Part shown: one piece after another, positions 39,364 to 48,215 of the stretch
How positions within the stretch are numbered: the stretch's first letter is position 1
Layout of the letters: each line of letters opens with the position of its first letter
Source of the DNA: a virus
Lineage: Duplodnaviria > Caudoviricetes
Reading direction: 5' to 3' (one strand)
Length of the DNA: 64,000 nt
Virus record (IMG/VR): IMGVR_UViG_3300017716_001697
Location: 288,001 to 352,000 of that record
Made by a program: the position numbers and the translations under genes
Notes under the pieces: generated by a model
The model's database searches: none
The model's input: only the letters and a program-made list of their open reading frames with translations
What the model was told of the DNA's origin: nothing

Positions 39364-41154
39364 ATGTTTAAACTGAATGGATTAACAATACGAAATTTTA
39401 TGAGTATCGGTGCGGTAACGCAGTCGATAAATTTCAGCAAGGACGACTTAGTCCTTGTATTAGGGGAAAATTTAGATTTAGGCGGAAATGATAATCGTAA
39501 CGGTGTCGGTAAATCTACAATTGTGAATGCATTGAGCTATGCGCTATATGGCGTCGCCTTAACAAATATCAAGAAAGATAACCTAATTAATAAATCTAAT
39601 ATGAAAAACATGTTAGTGACACTAAAGTTTGATATCAATGGCAAAGGATACACCATCGAAAGAGGTCGTCGCCCTAACGTATTTAGATTTATTGAAGATG
39701 GTAAAGAGGATTTAGAAGAAGAAAATAAATCTGAGAAGGATACCGACGAATCACAGGGCGAAGGCCGGCATACACAAGAAGAAATTGTAAGGGTTATCGG
39801 TATAACACACGACATGTTTAAACATATTCTGGCGTTAAATACCTATGTAGAGCCGTTTCTTGCATTACGTACAAACGATCAGCGCAATATCATCGAGCAA
39901 TTACTAGGTATCACTAAGCTATCCGAGAAGGCTGAGAAGCTCAAAGAAGAAGCAAAGGTTACCAAAGACGAAATCAAGGAAGAAGAGTTTCGTATTGCTG
40001 CCACATCTGCTGCAAATAAACGGATAGAACAGAATATATCCGGACTTGAAATTAAATCTACAGCATGGGAACGCGATAAGGTTAAAAGGATTGACAAATT
40101 TCAGTCCTCTATCTTAGAGTTATTGGATGTAGATATTGATAGTGAAATTGCATTGCATAAGGCAAGAAAAGAAGTCGATGACTTAGCTGCCGAATATAGG
40201 TCGTTGTCACGAGAATTAACTTCACTAGAAAACGATGTATCTACGGCAACAAAGACCGTTGCACGATTAGACAGAGTAATTTCTACATCAGTGGAGAAGA
40301 TCTGCCCGACGTGTAGTCAAGAAATGGATAAAGATACACATGCACAAGTGCATGCCGAATACCTGGGTCAACATAAAGATGAAAAAAAGCGACTAGATGA
40401 AAAGAGCTCAAAACGTGACGAAGTTAAAAGTCTTGCCACAACAGTTAAATCACTGATACCGGTATTAGCTGAAACATTCTATGACACAATTGACGAGGCG
40501 TACAATCATAAGACCACGCTTACAACAATAGGTAACAGTCTAGAAACAGAATTAGCAACTGTTAATCCATATGTTGATCAGATCGAAGCATTAAAGAAAG
40601 ATAGCATACAAGAAATTGAGTTTGCTGTAATGAATGAATTAGTTAGATTGCGTGATCACCAGGAATTCCTGCTCAAACTATTAACAAGCAAAGACAGTTT
40701 TATTCGTAAGAAGATTATCGATCAGAATCTTGCATATTTGAATCATAGGTTAGCATTCTATCTAACGGAAATCGGCTTGCCGCATCTTGTTAAATTTAAG
40801 TCCGATCTAGAAGTTGAGATCACAATGTATGGAAAAGAATTTGACTTTGATAATCTAAGCCGTGGCGAAAGAACTCGGTTAATCTTGTCACTATCGTGGT
40901 CGTTCCGTGATGTGTTTGAATCAATGAATGATAAGATTAATTTGCTTTTCATCGACGAATTAATTGACAGTGGTCTAGATACAAGCGGCGTTGAAGCTTC
41001 TCTATCTATACTTAAGAAAATGAGCCGTGAACATAAACGCAATATTTTCTTAATTTCCCACCGAGACGAACTTGTTGGTAGGGTCACAAACGTGCTGAAA
41101 GTCATTAAGGAAGGTGGATTCACTTCGTTAGAAACTACTGATACGCAAGTTTGA
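39364..41154 (+). CDS. gp46: recombination ATPase gp46 (Rad50/SbcC-like)
   Basis: NGVGKST Walker A, CPTC zinc hook, LSRGE signature, LFIDE Walker B, LISH. Confidence 0.92.
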   Translation: MFKLNGLTIRNFMSIGAVTQSINFSKDDLVLVLGENLDLGGNDNRNGVGKSTIVNALSYALYGVALTNIKKDNLINKSNMKNMLVTLKFDINGKGYTIERGRRPNVFRFIEDGKEDLEEENKSEKDTDESQGEGRHTQEEIVRVIGITHDMFKHILALNTYVEPFLALRTNDQRNIIEQLLGITKLSEKAEKLKEEAKVTKDEIKEEEFRIAATSAANKRIEQNISGLEIKSTAWERDKVKRIDKFQSSILELLDVDIDSEIALHKARKEVDDLAAEYRSLSRELTSLENDVSTATKTVARLDRVISTSVEKICPTCSQEMDKDTHAQVHAEYLGQHKDEKKRLDEKSSKRDEVKSLATTVKSLIPVLAETFYDTIDEAYNHKTTLTTIGNSLETELATVNPYVDQIEALKKDSIQEIEFAVMNELVRLRDHQEFLLKLLTSKDSFIRKKIIDQNLAYLNHRLAFYLTEIGLPHLVKFKSDLEVEITMYGKEFDFDNLSRGERTRLILSLSWSFRDVFESMNDKINLLFIDELIDSGLDTSGVEASLSILKKMSREHKRNIFLISHRDELVGRVTNVLKVIKEGGFTSLETTDTQV

Positions 41155-41166
41155 TCGTGAATAGCA

Positions 41167-41194
41167 TTGCTTTTAGCAACGAAATTGCTATACT
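41167..41194 (+). promoter_or_regulatory. putative sigma70 promoter overlapped by an inverted repeat
   Basis: TTGCTT 41167-41172, TATACT 41189-41194; TAGCAA/TTGCTA repeat 41174-41190. Confidence 0.45.
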
Positions 41195-41224
41195 AGCGAT
41201 ATGTTAACAACACAGAAGGGCACA

Positions 41225-41755
41225 ATGATAACAATAAATGATTTAACTATACATTCCTTTATACCCGATGGATTTAAACATGTATGCGATATTTGTTCCG
41301 AAACATCTACAGTTGATGCCTGGACCTATATTAATGTCGATGAAAATATTATGTATGATACCCACGGCGGGTGGGTATACCTAATAACAGTGAATGAATC
41401 AGTATATAAAATTGGTGAAACTGGCCAACCTCTCGGTAAAAGGTCTAAACGAGTTAAAGTTACCCATCCTGTGGGTGGAACCAAGGCAAGATTAAGTAGA
41501 TACAGAAGTCACTGTAACAAGAAGAAATACGATACTGATCATGCCATACGCCAAAAGTTACAGGAACATCTAGATAATAAGGCTGTAGTATCTTTCTGGG
41601 CTAAAAAATGTGATAATATAGATGTAATGGAAACTGTATTAGGTGAACTAGTAAGCATAAAAACCGAAACACACAAAATATTAGAAAAGAAATATCTAAG
41701 AATAATTAAAGATGAATATGGCGAACTCCCTAAATTACATGTAGCAATTAACTAA
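41225..41755 (+). CDS. GIY-YIG-like putative nuclease
   Basis: GWVYLI...VYKIGET with downstream ARLSRY; AT-rich; likely start MITIND at 41225 after GAAGGG. Confidence 0.4.
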   Translation: MITINDLTIHSFIPDGFKHVCDICSETSTVDAWTYINVDENIMYDTHGGWVYLITVNESVYKIGETGQPLGKRSKRVKVTHPVGGTKARLSRYRSHCNKKKYDTDHAIRQKLQEHLDNKAVVSFWAKKCDNIDVMETVLGELVSIKTETHKILEKKYLRIIKDEYGELPKLHVAIN

Positions 41756-41761
41756 TACAAT

Positions 41762-42379
41762 ATGAGTACAACTACTTTAACAATTAAACCTAAATCACAT
41801 TACGTACAACTAAAGGACTTGTTTGTATTACCTGATTCGGACAAAAAATTCTGCGAAGAAATGGCGATATCAGATGGTGTGTCATGTAGCTCTCATATAG
41901 CAGGTGACCCAACTCTTACCCTTGCATTTTTTGATCATCTATGGGAATATGCCTATCCAAGATTCAGCAAGATACCGTTTGTAACTAGAATTGCACGTAA
42001 CATTGCTAAAGATTGTGTTATAAACACAGCTATATTATTTGAAAAGGCAATATCAAAAACTGGTAAAATAAAAAGAGATGCCACAGTAGGTCGAGATTTT
42101 GTTGACTTGTCAGACGCTAAATCTGTATCTGTTAGATTGCGTAATCTAGATAAAACATATAGCGCCAATGTAGCTGATTTAAAAACAAAACAAGGTGCTA
42201 TACGAATTATATGTTACGAACGTGTAACAAAGAAATTTTACTATTTCATTGTACCTGCTGATAAGAATCCACGAACATCTATAGAAATTCCATTTAACTT
42301 AGATGGATGGCCAAATAAAAATAGTCATTGGTGGAGATACGAAGTTAATTCTTTTGTTGAGTTATGTCGACCAGTCTAA
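41762..42379 (+). CDS. hypothetical protein, possible PD-(D/E)XK nuclease
   Basis: LFEKAI...GRDFVDLSDAKS resembles the E...D...DAK catalytic pattern; AT-rich. Confidence 0.35.
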   Translation: MSTTTLTIKPKSHYVQLKDLFVLPDSDKKFCEEMAISDGVSCSSHIAGDPTLTLAFFDHLWEYAYPRFSKIPFVTRIARNIAKDCVINTAILFEKAISKTGKIKRDATVGRDFVDLSDAKSVSVRLRNLDKTYSANVADLKTKQGAIRIICYERVTKKFYYFIVPADKNPRTSIEIPFNLDGWPNKNSHWWRYEVNSFVELCRPV

Positions 42380-42873
42380 CCAAAGAACTTGTCATCACTC
42401 AATGCTAGCACAGATGACAATGTGTATGCATAACGGTCTTTGTACTGTAAAATCTCGCTAATTTCTAGCTTATTTTTAAGCAAAACGAACTCGGGCACGT
42501 TGTTGTACTTTATTATAAGTAACGACAATTTGTCCGAGTTTTTTGCGTCCTGATCAGACTGCTCGATCCATTTGTCCCACTGTGTTACCTCTTTGGCAAA
42601 TACAGATTGAAATGACGGTGCACTCTTATAGTGTTTGCATTCTACAGCATATTTAAAATTCTTCGGGCACATCAAATCACCAAAGCATGCATTGTCTAAA
42701 TCGTGTTGTTCTACACGATATGTATTGGTACCACCAAAATAGCTACCGCTGTCAGAATTGCGCCTGAAGCCCTTTTCGATACCTAACACACCTGCAAACC
42801 TATCAGACAGCAGGTTAGCCATCTTGCGTTCGAACGTGTTTCCCTTGTTCTTCCCATTCACTTTTGTTGCCAT
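42376..42873 (-). CDS. Hjc-type Holliday junction resolvase
   Basis: KNKGNTFERKMA, FGDL, AVECKHY PD-(D/E)XK motifs. Confidence 0.75.
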   Translation of the reverse strand: MATKVNGKNKGNTFERKMANLLSDRFAGVLGIEKGFRRNSDSGSYFGGTNTYRVEQHDLDNACFGDLMCPKNFKYAVECKHYKSAPSFQSVFAKEVTQWDKWIEQSDQDAKNSDKLSLLIIKYNNVPEFVLLKNKLEISEILQYKDRYAYTLSSVLALSDDKFFG

Positions 42874-42935
42874 ATTAAATCCCTATTTATTATATTTACC
42901 ATACAGGTTAAATACTAAAAATATCTGGAGAACAT

Positions 42936-43523
42936 ATGGAATACACAACAGCATTCAACAAGGCAGTAAATCACGCCATGCTTTATGAAGTAGGCGGATT
43001 TTGGAGATTAACACCCGATGTAGAAGCTGGTCTGATCAACACACAGGATCAGCGCAAGGCATGTGGTTATGTCAACGATCCGCAGGACCGCGGCGGCGAA
43101 ACAAAATTTGGAGTTGCAAAGAATGCCAATCCGGATTTAGATATTGTCAATCTAACATGGGAAGAAGCGAAAGCTGTATATTACACCCGTTACTGGGTAA
43201 AGGCTCATTGTCAAGAATTACCATCGCGGCTAGCTGTGCTACATTTCGACGGTGCGGTAAATAGCGGATGTGGTAGAGCAGCTAAATTTTTACAGAGAGC
43301 TGTAGGCGCAGTTGCAGACGGCGCAATAGGTCCTGCAACCATTGCTCTTGTACAGCAAAAAGACGAAATAGAGATGTGTCACGAAGTTTGCGACTACAGA
43401 ATGCGATTCTACGAAGAGATTGTTGCTAACGACCCTACGCAGTCAAAATACCTAAAAGGCTGGTTACGTAGAATTCAAGAAATGCGTGACTTCACAACAA
43501 CACCTTCACACGACTTCGAATAA
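42936..43523 (+). CDS. glycoside hydrolase family 108 lysin with C-terminal PG-binding domain
   Basis: YEVG...NDPQDRGGETKFGV, FDGAVNSG, LQRAVG..ADGAIGPAT, YLKGWLRRI. Confidence 0.85.
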   Translation: MEYTTAFNKAVNHAMLYEVGGFWRLTPDVEAGLINTQDQRKACGYVNDPQDRGGETKFGVAKNANPDLDIVNLTWEEAKAVYYTRYWVKAHCQELPSRLAVLHFDGAVNSGCGRAAKFLQRAVGAVADGAIGPATIALVQQKDEIEMCHEVCDYRMRFYEEIVANDPTQSKYLKGWLRRIQEMRDFTTTPSHDFE

Positions 43524-43533
43524 TACCGACGAC

Positions 43534-43564
43534 TAAGAGCCCTTTAAACGGGCTTTTAGTTTTT
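43534..43564 (+). terminator. intrinsic terminator after the GH108 lysin
   Basis: TAAGAGCCC-TTTAAAC-GGGCTTTTA stem followed by GTTTTT. Confidence 0.75.
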
Positions 43565-43577
43565 GTGTTCGATATTC

Positions 43578-43607
43578 TTGACGATCACACATACGATCAG
43601 ATAAAAT
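43578..43607 (+). promoter_or_regulatory. putative promoter (TTGACG-18-TAAAAT) firing into the non-coding region
   Basis: -35 at 43578-43583, -10 at 43602-43607; no protein-coding gene downstream on this strand. Confidence 0.5.
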
Positions 43608-43611
43608 AGTG

Positions 43612-44170
43612 TAACAACAAAAAGTTGTTCATAAACAAAAACATAAATCATAGGTAACAAGGGTGATGCGCCTTGTTAACAGTAAAGCCAATTGCATATA
43701 GATTTTTTAAATCCAATTCTCAACAATTTAATCACAAAAACACTTCATCACATTTTAAGGTTGGCGAGCCGAGTTAATATTTCGCAAGACGTGTCGTTCG
43801 GAATGGAGCGCAACAGTCAGGTCCGCTGGATGTGCAGTGGCAAACTTCAATGAAAAGAGACGGCTGGCGCCTTGCATCTCTTCTAAGTGAAGTGAATTAA
43901 AAATTTGTTGCGGGTATGTGAATGAAAGGTATGGCCTGCAAGCGGTGTAGTAATTAGCTGAATAAGAACTACGATAAACCGCGAGGATGTATGTGGTTTA
44001 AATCCACTTGTCCCCCTTACAGGCCGCTTAAATGCGTGGAGTTGACATAATCAATCCAATACTCCAAAAATAGTCTGTTTCAGTCTCTGGTGATGTAGTC
44101 AAGAACATTGCAAGGAAGGGTATACGAACGTCGGTTATTATTTTTTAATCTACGTTCGTATACCCTTTTT
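43612..44170 (+). ncRNA. candidate large structured non-coding RNA (~560 nt)
   Basis: No ORF >=60 aa; bounded by a promoter and a 16-bp hairpin plus T-run; many complementary segments (see findings). Confidence 0.45.
44116..44170 (+). terminator. perfect 16-bp inverted repeat followed by a T-run
   Basis: AAGGGTATACGAACGT (44116-44131) / ACGTTCGTATACCCTT (44152-44167), then TTT. Confidence 0.6.
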
Positions 44171-44245
44171 CTGACTCCGATGTCAAGTATTAAAAAATAT
44201 TATTGTCTTATATCTATTTAATAGCTAAACGAATGCGATTCGAGT

Positions 44246-44815
44246 TTACGAGATGAGCATTTCGTGCAAGCTATGGTCCGTAGGACCGATTATATGAATA
44301 AGATCGTTTTTCTTATATATTCTCTTAATGAGCTTTATTAATTCACTATCTGTAATTAAGTCTAGATCTGATATGGGTCTCAGACAGATTGAATATATCT
44401 CGTTTCCGTAAGTTGTAACAGAAATTACCCCATTGAATTTTTGAAAGTACATAGACACAAATGCATTGATACGTAATTCTACATCTCCCATTGATTCTGT
44501 GATAATTTCGTTCGTGGACTTATCCTTGATGCATATATTCTTTACTTCACCTTTAATAATATACACTTCTGACACATATTGATTATTGCTTGCGATGTTT
44601 GAGAATATCACACCTGACTCTAAGAACATATTGTCAAACTTCATGTTAATGGATTTATGTTGTAACAATTCAGTTCTGAATGGGCTCCACTTGATGTGTT
44701 GAGCATCTAATAGCCGTGACAAATCATAAACCCATTTGTATTTGGGATATCTTTCCCAGCATTCTAGATCATTCTTAGGAATGTCTAGATCTTGTATGTC
44801 TATCTTTTTATGCAT
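44246..44815 (-). CDS. hypothetical protein
   Basis: 189 aa; DLECWERYPKYKWVY motif; AAGGA RBS. Confidence 0.65.
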   Translation of the reverse strand: MHKKIDIQDLDIPKNDLECWERYPKYKWVYDLSRLLDAQHIKWSPFRTELLQHKSINMKFDNMFLESGVIFSNIASNNQYVSEVYIIKGEVKNICIKDKSTNEIITESMGDVELRINAFVSMYFQKFNGVISVTTYGNEIYSICLRPISDLDLITDSELIKLIKRIYKKNDLIHIIGPTDHSLHEMLIS

Positions 44816-44824
44816 AATGCATCC

Positions 44825-45064
44825 TTACATATACTCTTTTCCCGAAGGGTTCTGTTCTTTAAGTCGTCTATTGATAACCTTTGTAAGCAGTTCTCTATCC
44901 TTGAAACTCATACCCCACGCTGAATTGAACTCTACACCACCTTTCATGAAATAGCAGATTTCTGCTATTTGCTCTCTCAGTATTTCTGATTCTTTATTGT
45001 ACGAGTTTATAAGGTCACCTAGTTGCTCTGGTGGCAGAAAAATTAAGGACCTTATGAAAAATTT
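44825..45064 (-). CDS. -1 frame extension of the gp26-like chaperone (gp51/GT-like C-terminal part), missed by the ORF track
   Basis: Open -1 frame FIRSLIFLPPEQLGDL...CYFMKGGVEFNSAWGMSFKDRELL...KEYM*; no start codon at its 5' end; begins at slippery A-AAT-TTT. Confidence 0.7.
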   Translation of the reverse strand, partial: KFFIRSLIFLPPEQLGDLINSYNKESEILREQIAEICYFMKGGVEFNSAWGMSFKDRELLTKVINRRLKEQNPSGKEYM

Positions 45065-45897
45065 ACTGGATTAAAGTCAACTTCGTTGTCCCACTCGTGC
45101 CCGCACGATGTGCATTTTGCAGTAAATGTTTTCTTAATTCCGATAGCGTTAATAGTCTGTACTAGATCAGAAATTTTATCAACATTCTTCTTATCGATAT
45201 TGAATAAGAATTCTTTAATAAATTCTTTATTGGTAACATTAACATCATTGCTTTCGTCGACTACCTTAACAACAGAATCTACCATAAGTTCAAATGTTAG
45301 TACGGCCAATTTTTTAAACGAAGAACCGTAGATTTTAGCTCGTTCTTCGTCACTAAGGGTATCGCTGCTAGCGGCTCTTGTAAGCTTATTCTGTTCAAAT
45401 TGTGTGTGCAAACCTTTTAGCAGTTCGGGGAACGCATATGGTTTGACAAACACACTAACACCGGAATCCAAGTTTACTACATATTCTTGTTCAAGAAATT
45501 CCATGTTGTCGAGCGCATATTGCAAATCTAATTTAAATGTATTTTCGGCCGTGCATTTTGGACATTTAATTGATGTTTCTAGACTGTCATCATACGTAGC
45601 ATAGCGGATTGCGGTAATTAAGGCATCAATATCATTTGTTAACAGCATTCTTGGATTCTTGACTGCCGGTACGCAGCTAACAAGAACTTCGATAAGTGAT
45701 TCTCCATTTAATAATCCGTCGGGATTCTTAAGCGACAGCTCATCCTTACCTGTCATTGGGTAAACCCCTACTTCCCCTTTATCTGTAAAATTTACAATAT
45801 CAGCATTGTAATATGATGTTCCGCTAGGTAACTTCATGTACAGCTTGAATTGCCTGAAGTACTGTTTTAGCGGGTTATGTTGTGTAGTCTGTTCCAT
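45052..45897 (-). CDS. gp26: baseplate hub assembly chaperone, T4 gp26-like
   Basis: NPLKQYFRQ..LYMKLPSG, VYPMTGKDE, CPKC and CTSC Zn pairs, ends FNPVNF; divergent from the tape-measure-like gene. Confidence 0.65.
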   Translation of the reverse strand: MEQTTQHNPLKQYFRQFKLYMKLPSGTSYYNADIVNFTDKGEVGVYPMTGKDELSLKNPDGLLNGESLIEVLVSCVPAVKNPRMLLTNDIDALITAIRYATYDDSLETSIKCPKCTAENTFKLDLQYALDNMEFLEQEYVVNLDSGVSVFVKPYAFPELLKGLHTQFEQNKLTRAASSDTLSDEERAKIYGSSFKKLAVLTFELMVDSVVKVVDESNDVNVTNKEFIKEFLFNIDKKNVDKISDLVQTINAIGIKKTFTAKCTSCGHEWDNEVDFNPVNFS

Positions 45898-45921
45898 GTA
45901 AATCCTTAATAAAAAATATTT

Positions 45922-45955
45922 GATAAATAGCTCGAAAGCTTTTCATTTATTTATC
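45922..45955. promoter_or_regulatory. pair of oppositely oriented GATAAATA late promoters
   Basis: GATAAATA at 45922-45929 (+) and 45948-45955 (-). Confidence 0.6.
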
Positions 45956-45977
45956 ACGGGACTTAATATACATACTT

Positions 45978-48215
45978 ATGGTTGATGCAGTTAACATTGT
46001 AGGAATTGACGGCGAGGCACTTGCTTCGGCTCTTAGATCGTCGCCGGCGTGGGCTACAGAAAGGACCCTTAACGAAATAAAGGGATTACTTGCAGGTAGT
46101 GGCAGCGCAAGTAAACAGAAGGATGTATTTAGTTTAGCCCAACGATCTGTCTTGAAAGATTTATTCAGCGAATTAGAAAAGGAATCTAAAGCAGCTAAGA
46201 CGCGAGCCGAGCGTGAGAAAAAAGTAGCAGAAGGACGCGCCGACCGTGAATTATTATTTGGCAAAGGGCTTACTACCTTAAACCAAAAAATACTATTTGT
46301 TTCCGCAGCCCTGAATAAAATGGGTGATGCTATACAGGATACATTTAAGAGTAATATCAACTCATTTGCAACATTGCAAAGCAGTGGCCTAGACCTAATG
46401 AGAGGCATGGATAATGCCTCAAACGGGTTTCAGTCATTGCAACAACTTTCGTCCCTTACTGGAATTAGATTTACTGAATTATCATCTACTATGATAAAAT
46501 ATAATTCCGCTATAAATGCGTTTGGCGTTGGTAAATTTGCTAAAACGTTAGGTAAATCAACTGATGCATTAACTAAATTTGGATTCTCTTCAAAGGAAAC
46601 CGGTGACTTATTAGGTGCATATCTTGAAATACAACGCGGCCACACAGACATGCAAAATAAGACAACCGACGAAACATCAGCAGAATTAGTGATATTTGGT
46701 AAAAGGATTAATAATTTATCTTTAGCAACAGGTATGGCAAGAGGTGCTATACTTGCTAATATGGATGCGATGAGTAAGAACACAAGTATGGCGATTTTAG
46801 CAGCCCAACAAGGCTCTAAATCAGCAGAGGCTACTACCGGATTCCTTGCCTCGCTAAAAGATCAAGATTTAGCAAACACCTTGGCAAAAATGATGACTGA
46901 TCCTGTCAAAGCATTAAACGCTTCATTTGCAGCCCTTCAGAAGGGTGGTATGGGCGACCTTGCCGCCGAGCTTGAAACATTATTGGCGGGTATGGAAGGT
47001 CTCAGCGAATCGGAAAAAGCTAAAGCCTTGGCAAATTTTGCCGCTGCCCATGATCAAGATCTTAGATCTAAATTACTTGACGCTAATTTTCAGTCCCAGG
47101 CGCCCGGAATGGAAGCAATAGGTGCGGCCAATGTTAAACTTATAACAAGCCTACAAGCAGCTGGACGCCAAATAAACAAGTTTGCAGAAGAATCAAACGA
47201 TCCTGCTGCTATTGCTCGGGCTGATTTTGCAAAGTCATGGGAAAATTTGATGTCGCAGATGCAATCCACATTTTCTTTGCCGATAAAAGCATTGGAATTG
47301 CTTACATGGGGTATCAACGGTATAGCAGAATCCATAAAATGGTTTACCGGGTTATTTAGTTCCGAAACAAAGGGGTGGATAGGTGCAATAGGTGTTGTTG
47401 TAGGCTCTCTTGCAGGCTTGGTATTAGGATTTAAAGGTGTAACCCTTGTATTGAGTCTATTTAAATCTTCCATTCCGCTATTACTTAGGGGATCTATAGG
47501 AATGATCGGTACTGCTATAGCAGCGCCATTTAGAATATTTAGTACTGGCCTCACTACAGCATCAGCAGCACTGGGGCGACTAAGTGCATCCGCCAGTGCC
47601 GCTAGTGCTGCAACAGGCGCAGCTGGAGTAGCCGGTAAATTTGGCGGCCTCGGTAAGATATTGGGATTTCTTTCCGCAGCGGCGGTGGTAGCTAATATAG
47701 GCGATGCTGCTGGCGGCGCAATGGGCGTAGGTAAAGATAAAGATGGCAATGATATAGAACTTAATAAGGCACAAGATGATGCTAATTGGGAAATGATGTC
47801 AATGCCACAGAAGATGATGTCAGGATTGCTGAGAGGTATTGAGGGTGTGGGTGGTATTATTGGTATGGATAATATTGCTAGATCCGCCGCCAATGATCGC
47901 ATTAAGGCAGAAACTGCCGGACTAAAGACTAAGAAATCTACTGAAATTTCTGTACCTAAAGATCCTGCACCATCGACTATTGAAAGTCCGTCTGCAAAAC
48001 CTGCAAAGGTTACAGAAAAATCTGCAGAAACTGCACCTGATGTATCTGATCCAAAGACGTCAACTCCTGCCGGTTTAGACACTAACGCCGGCAGCAATGA
48101 CATAAATAACTTACTAACATTCCAAAGCTCGGTTCTGCAACAAATTCTATTGAGTACACAGGATGTTGTGTCGATTAACCGAGATATTCTTAAATTTACA
48201 AGAGCTAACGCATGA
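45978..48215 (+). CDS. tape-measure-like protein
   Basis: 745 aa, Ala/Gly/Leu/Ser-rich helical composition with hydrophobic segments; adjacent to the frameshifted chaperone. Confidence 0.6.
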   Translation: MVDAVNIVGIDGEALASALRSSPAWATERTLNEIKGLLAGSGSASKQKDVFSLAQRSVLKDLFSELEKESKAAKTRAEREKKVAEGRADRELLFGKGLTTLNQKILFVSAALNKMGDAIQDTFKSNINSFATLQSSGLDLMRGMDNASNGFQSLQQLSSLTGIRFTELSSTMIKYNSAINAFGVGKFAKTLGKSTDALTKFGFSSKETGDLLGAYLEIQRGHTDMQNKTTDETSAELVIFGKRINNLSLATGMARGAILANMDAMSKNTSMAILAAQQGSKSAEATTGFLASLKDQDLANTLAKMMTDPVKALNASFAALQKGGMGDLAAELETLLAGMEGLSESEKAKALANFAAAHDQDLRSKLLDANFQSQAPGMEAIGAANVKLITSLQAAGRQINKFAEESNDPAAIARADFAKSWENLMSQMQSTFSLPIKALELLTWGINGIAESIKWFTGLFSSETKGWIGAIGVVVGSLAGLVLGFKGVTLVLSLFKSSIPLLLRGSIGMIGTAIAAPFRIFSTGLTTASAALGRLSASASAASAATGAAGVAGKFGGLGKILGFLSAAAVVANIGDAAGGAMGVGKDKDGNDIELNKAQDDANWEMMSMPQKMMSGLLRGIEGVGGIIGMDNIARSAANDRIKAETAGLKTKKSTEISVPKDPAPSTIESPSAKPAKVTEKSAETAPDVSDPKTSTPAGLDTNAGSNDINNLLTFQSSVLQQILLSTQDVVSINRDILKFTRANA

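Noticed and set aside
39364-41154. Intein or intron in gp46/gp47, portal or capsid genes
   Set aside because: Motif spacing is continuous; no Cys/Ser...His-Asn intein ends or LAGLIDADG blocks were seen
43527-44100. Group I intron R/S-like words (CGACGACTA about 43527, GATGTAGTC 44092-44100)
   Set aside because: The R-like word lies in the lysin terminator region, no interrupted gene flanks the segment, and I could not build P3/P4/P6 around them
43612-44170. tmRNA, RNase P RNA or group II intron identity for the non-coding unit
   Set aside because: No GGGGCTG/CCACCA tRNA-like ends, no GAGGAAAGTCC CR-I motif and no domain V hairpin were recognised; left as an unassigned candidate RNA
47090-48103. 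337-aa minus-strand ORF opposite the tape-measure-like gene
   Set aside because: Antisense shadow of an Ala/Gly-rich coding region; low-complexity translation with no start context
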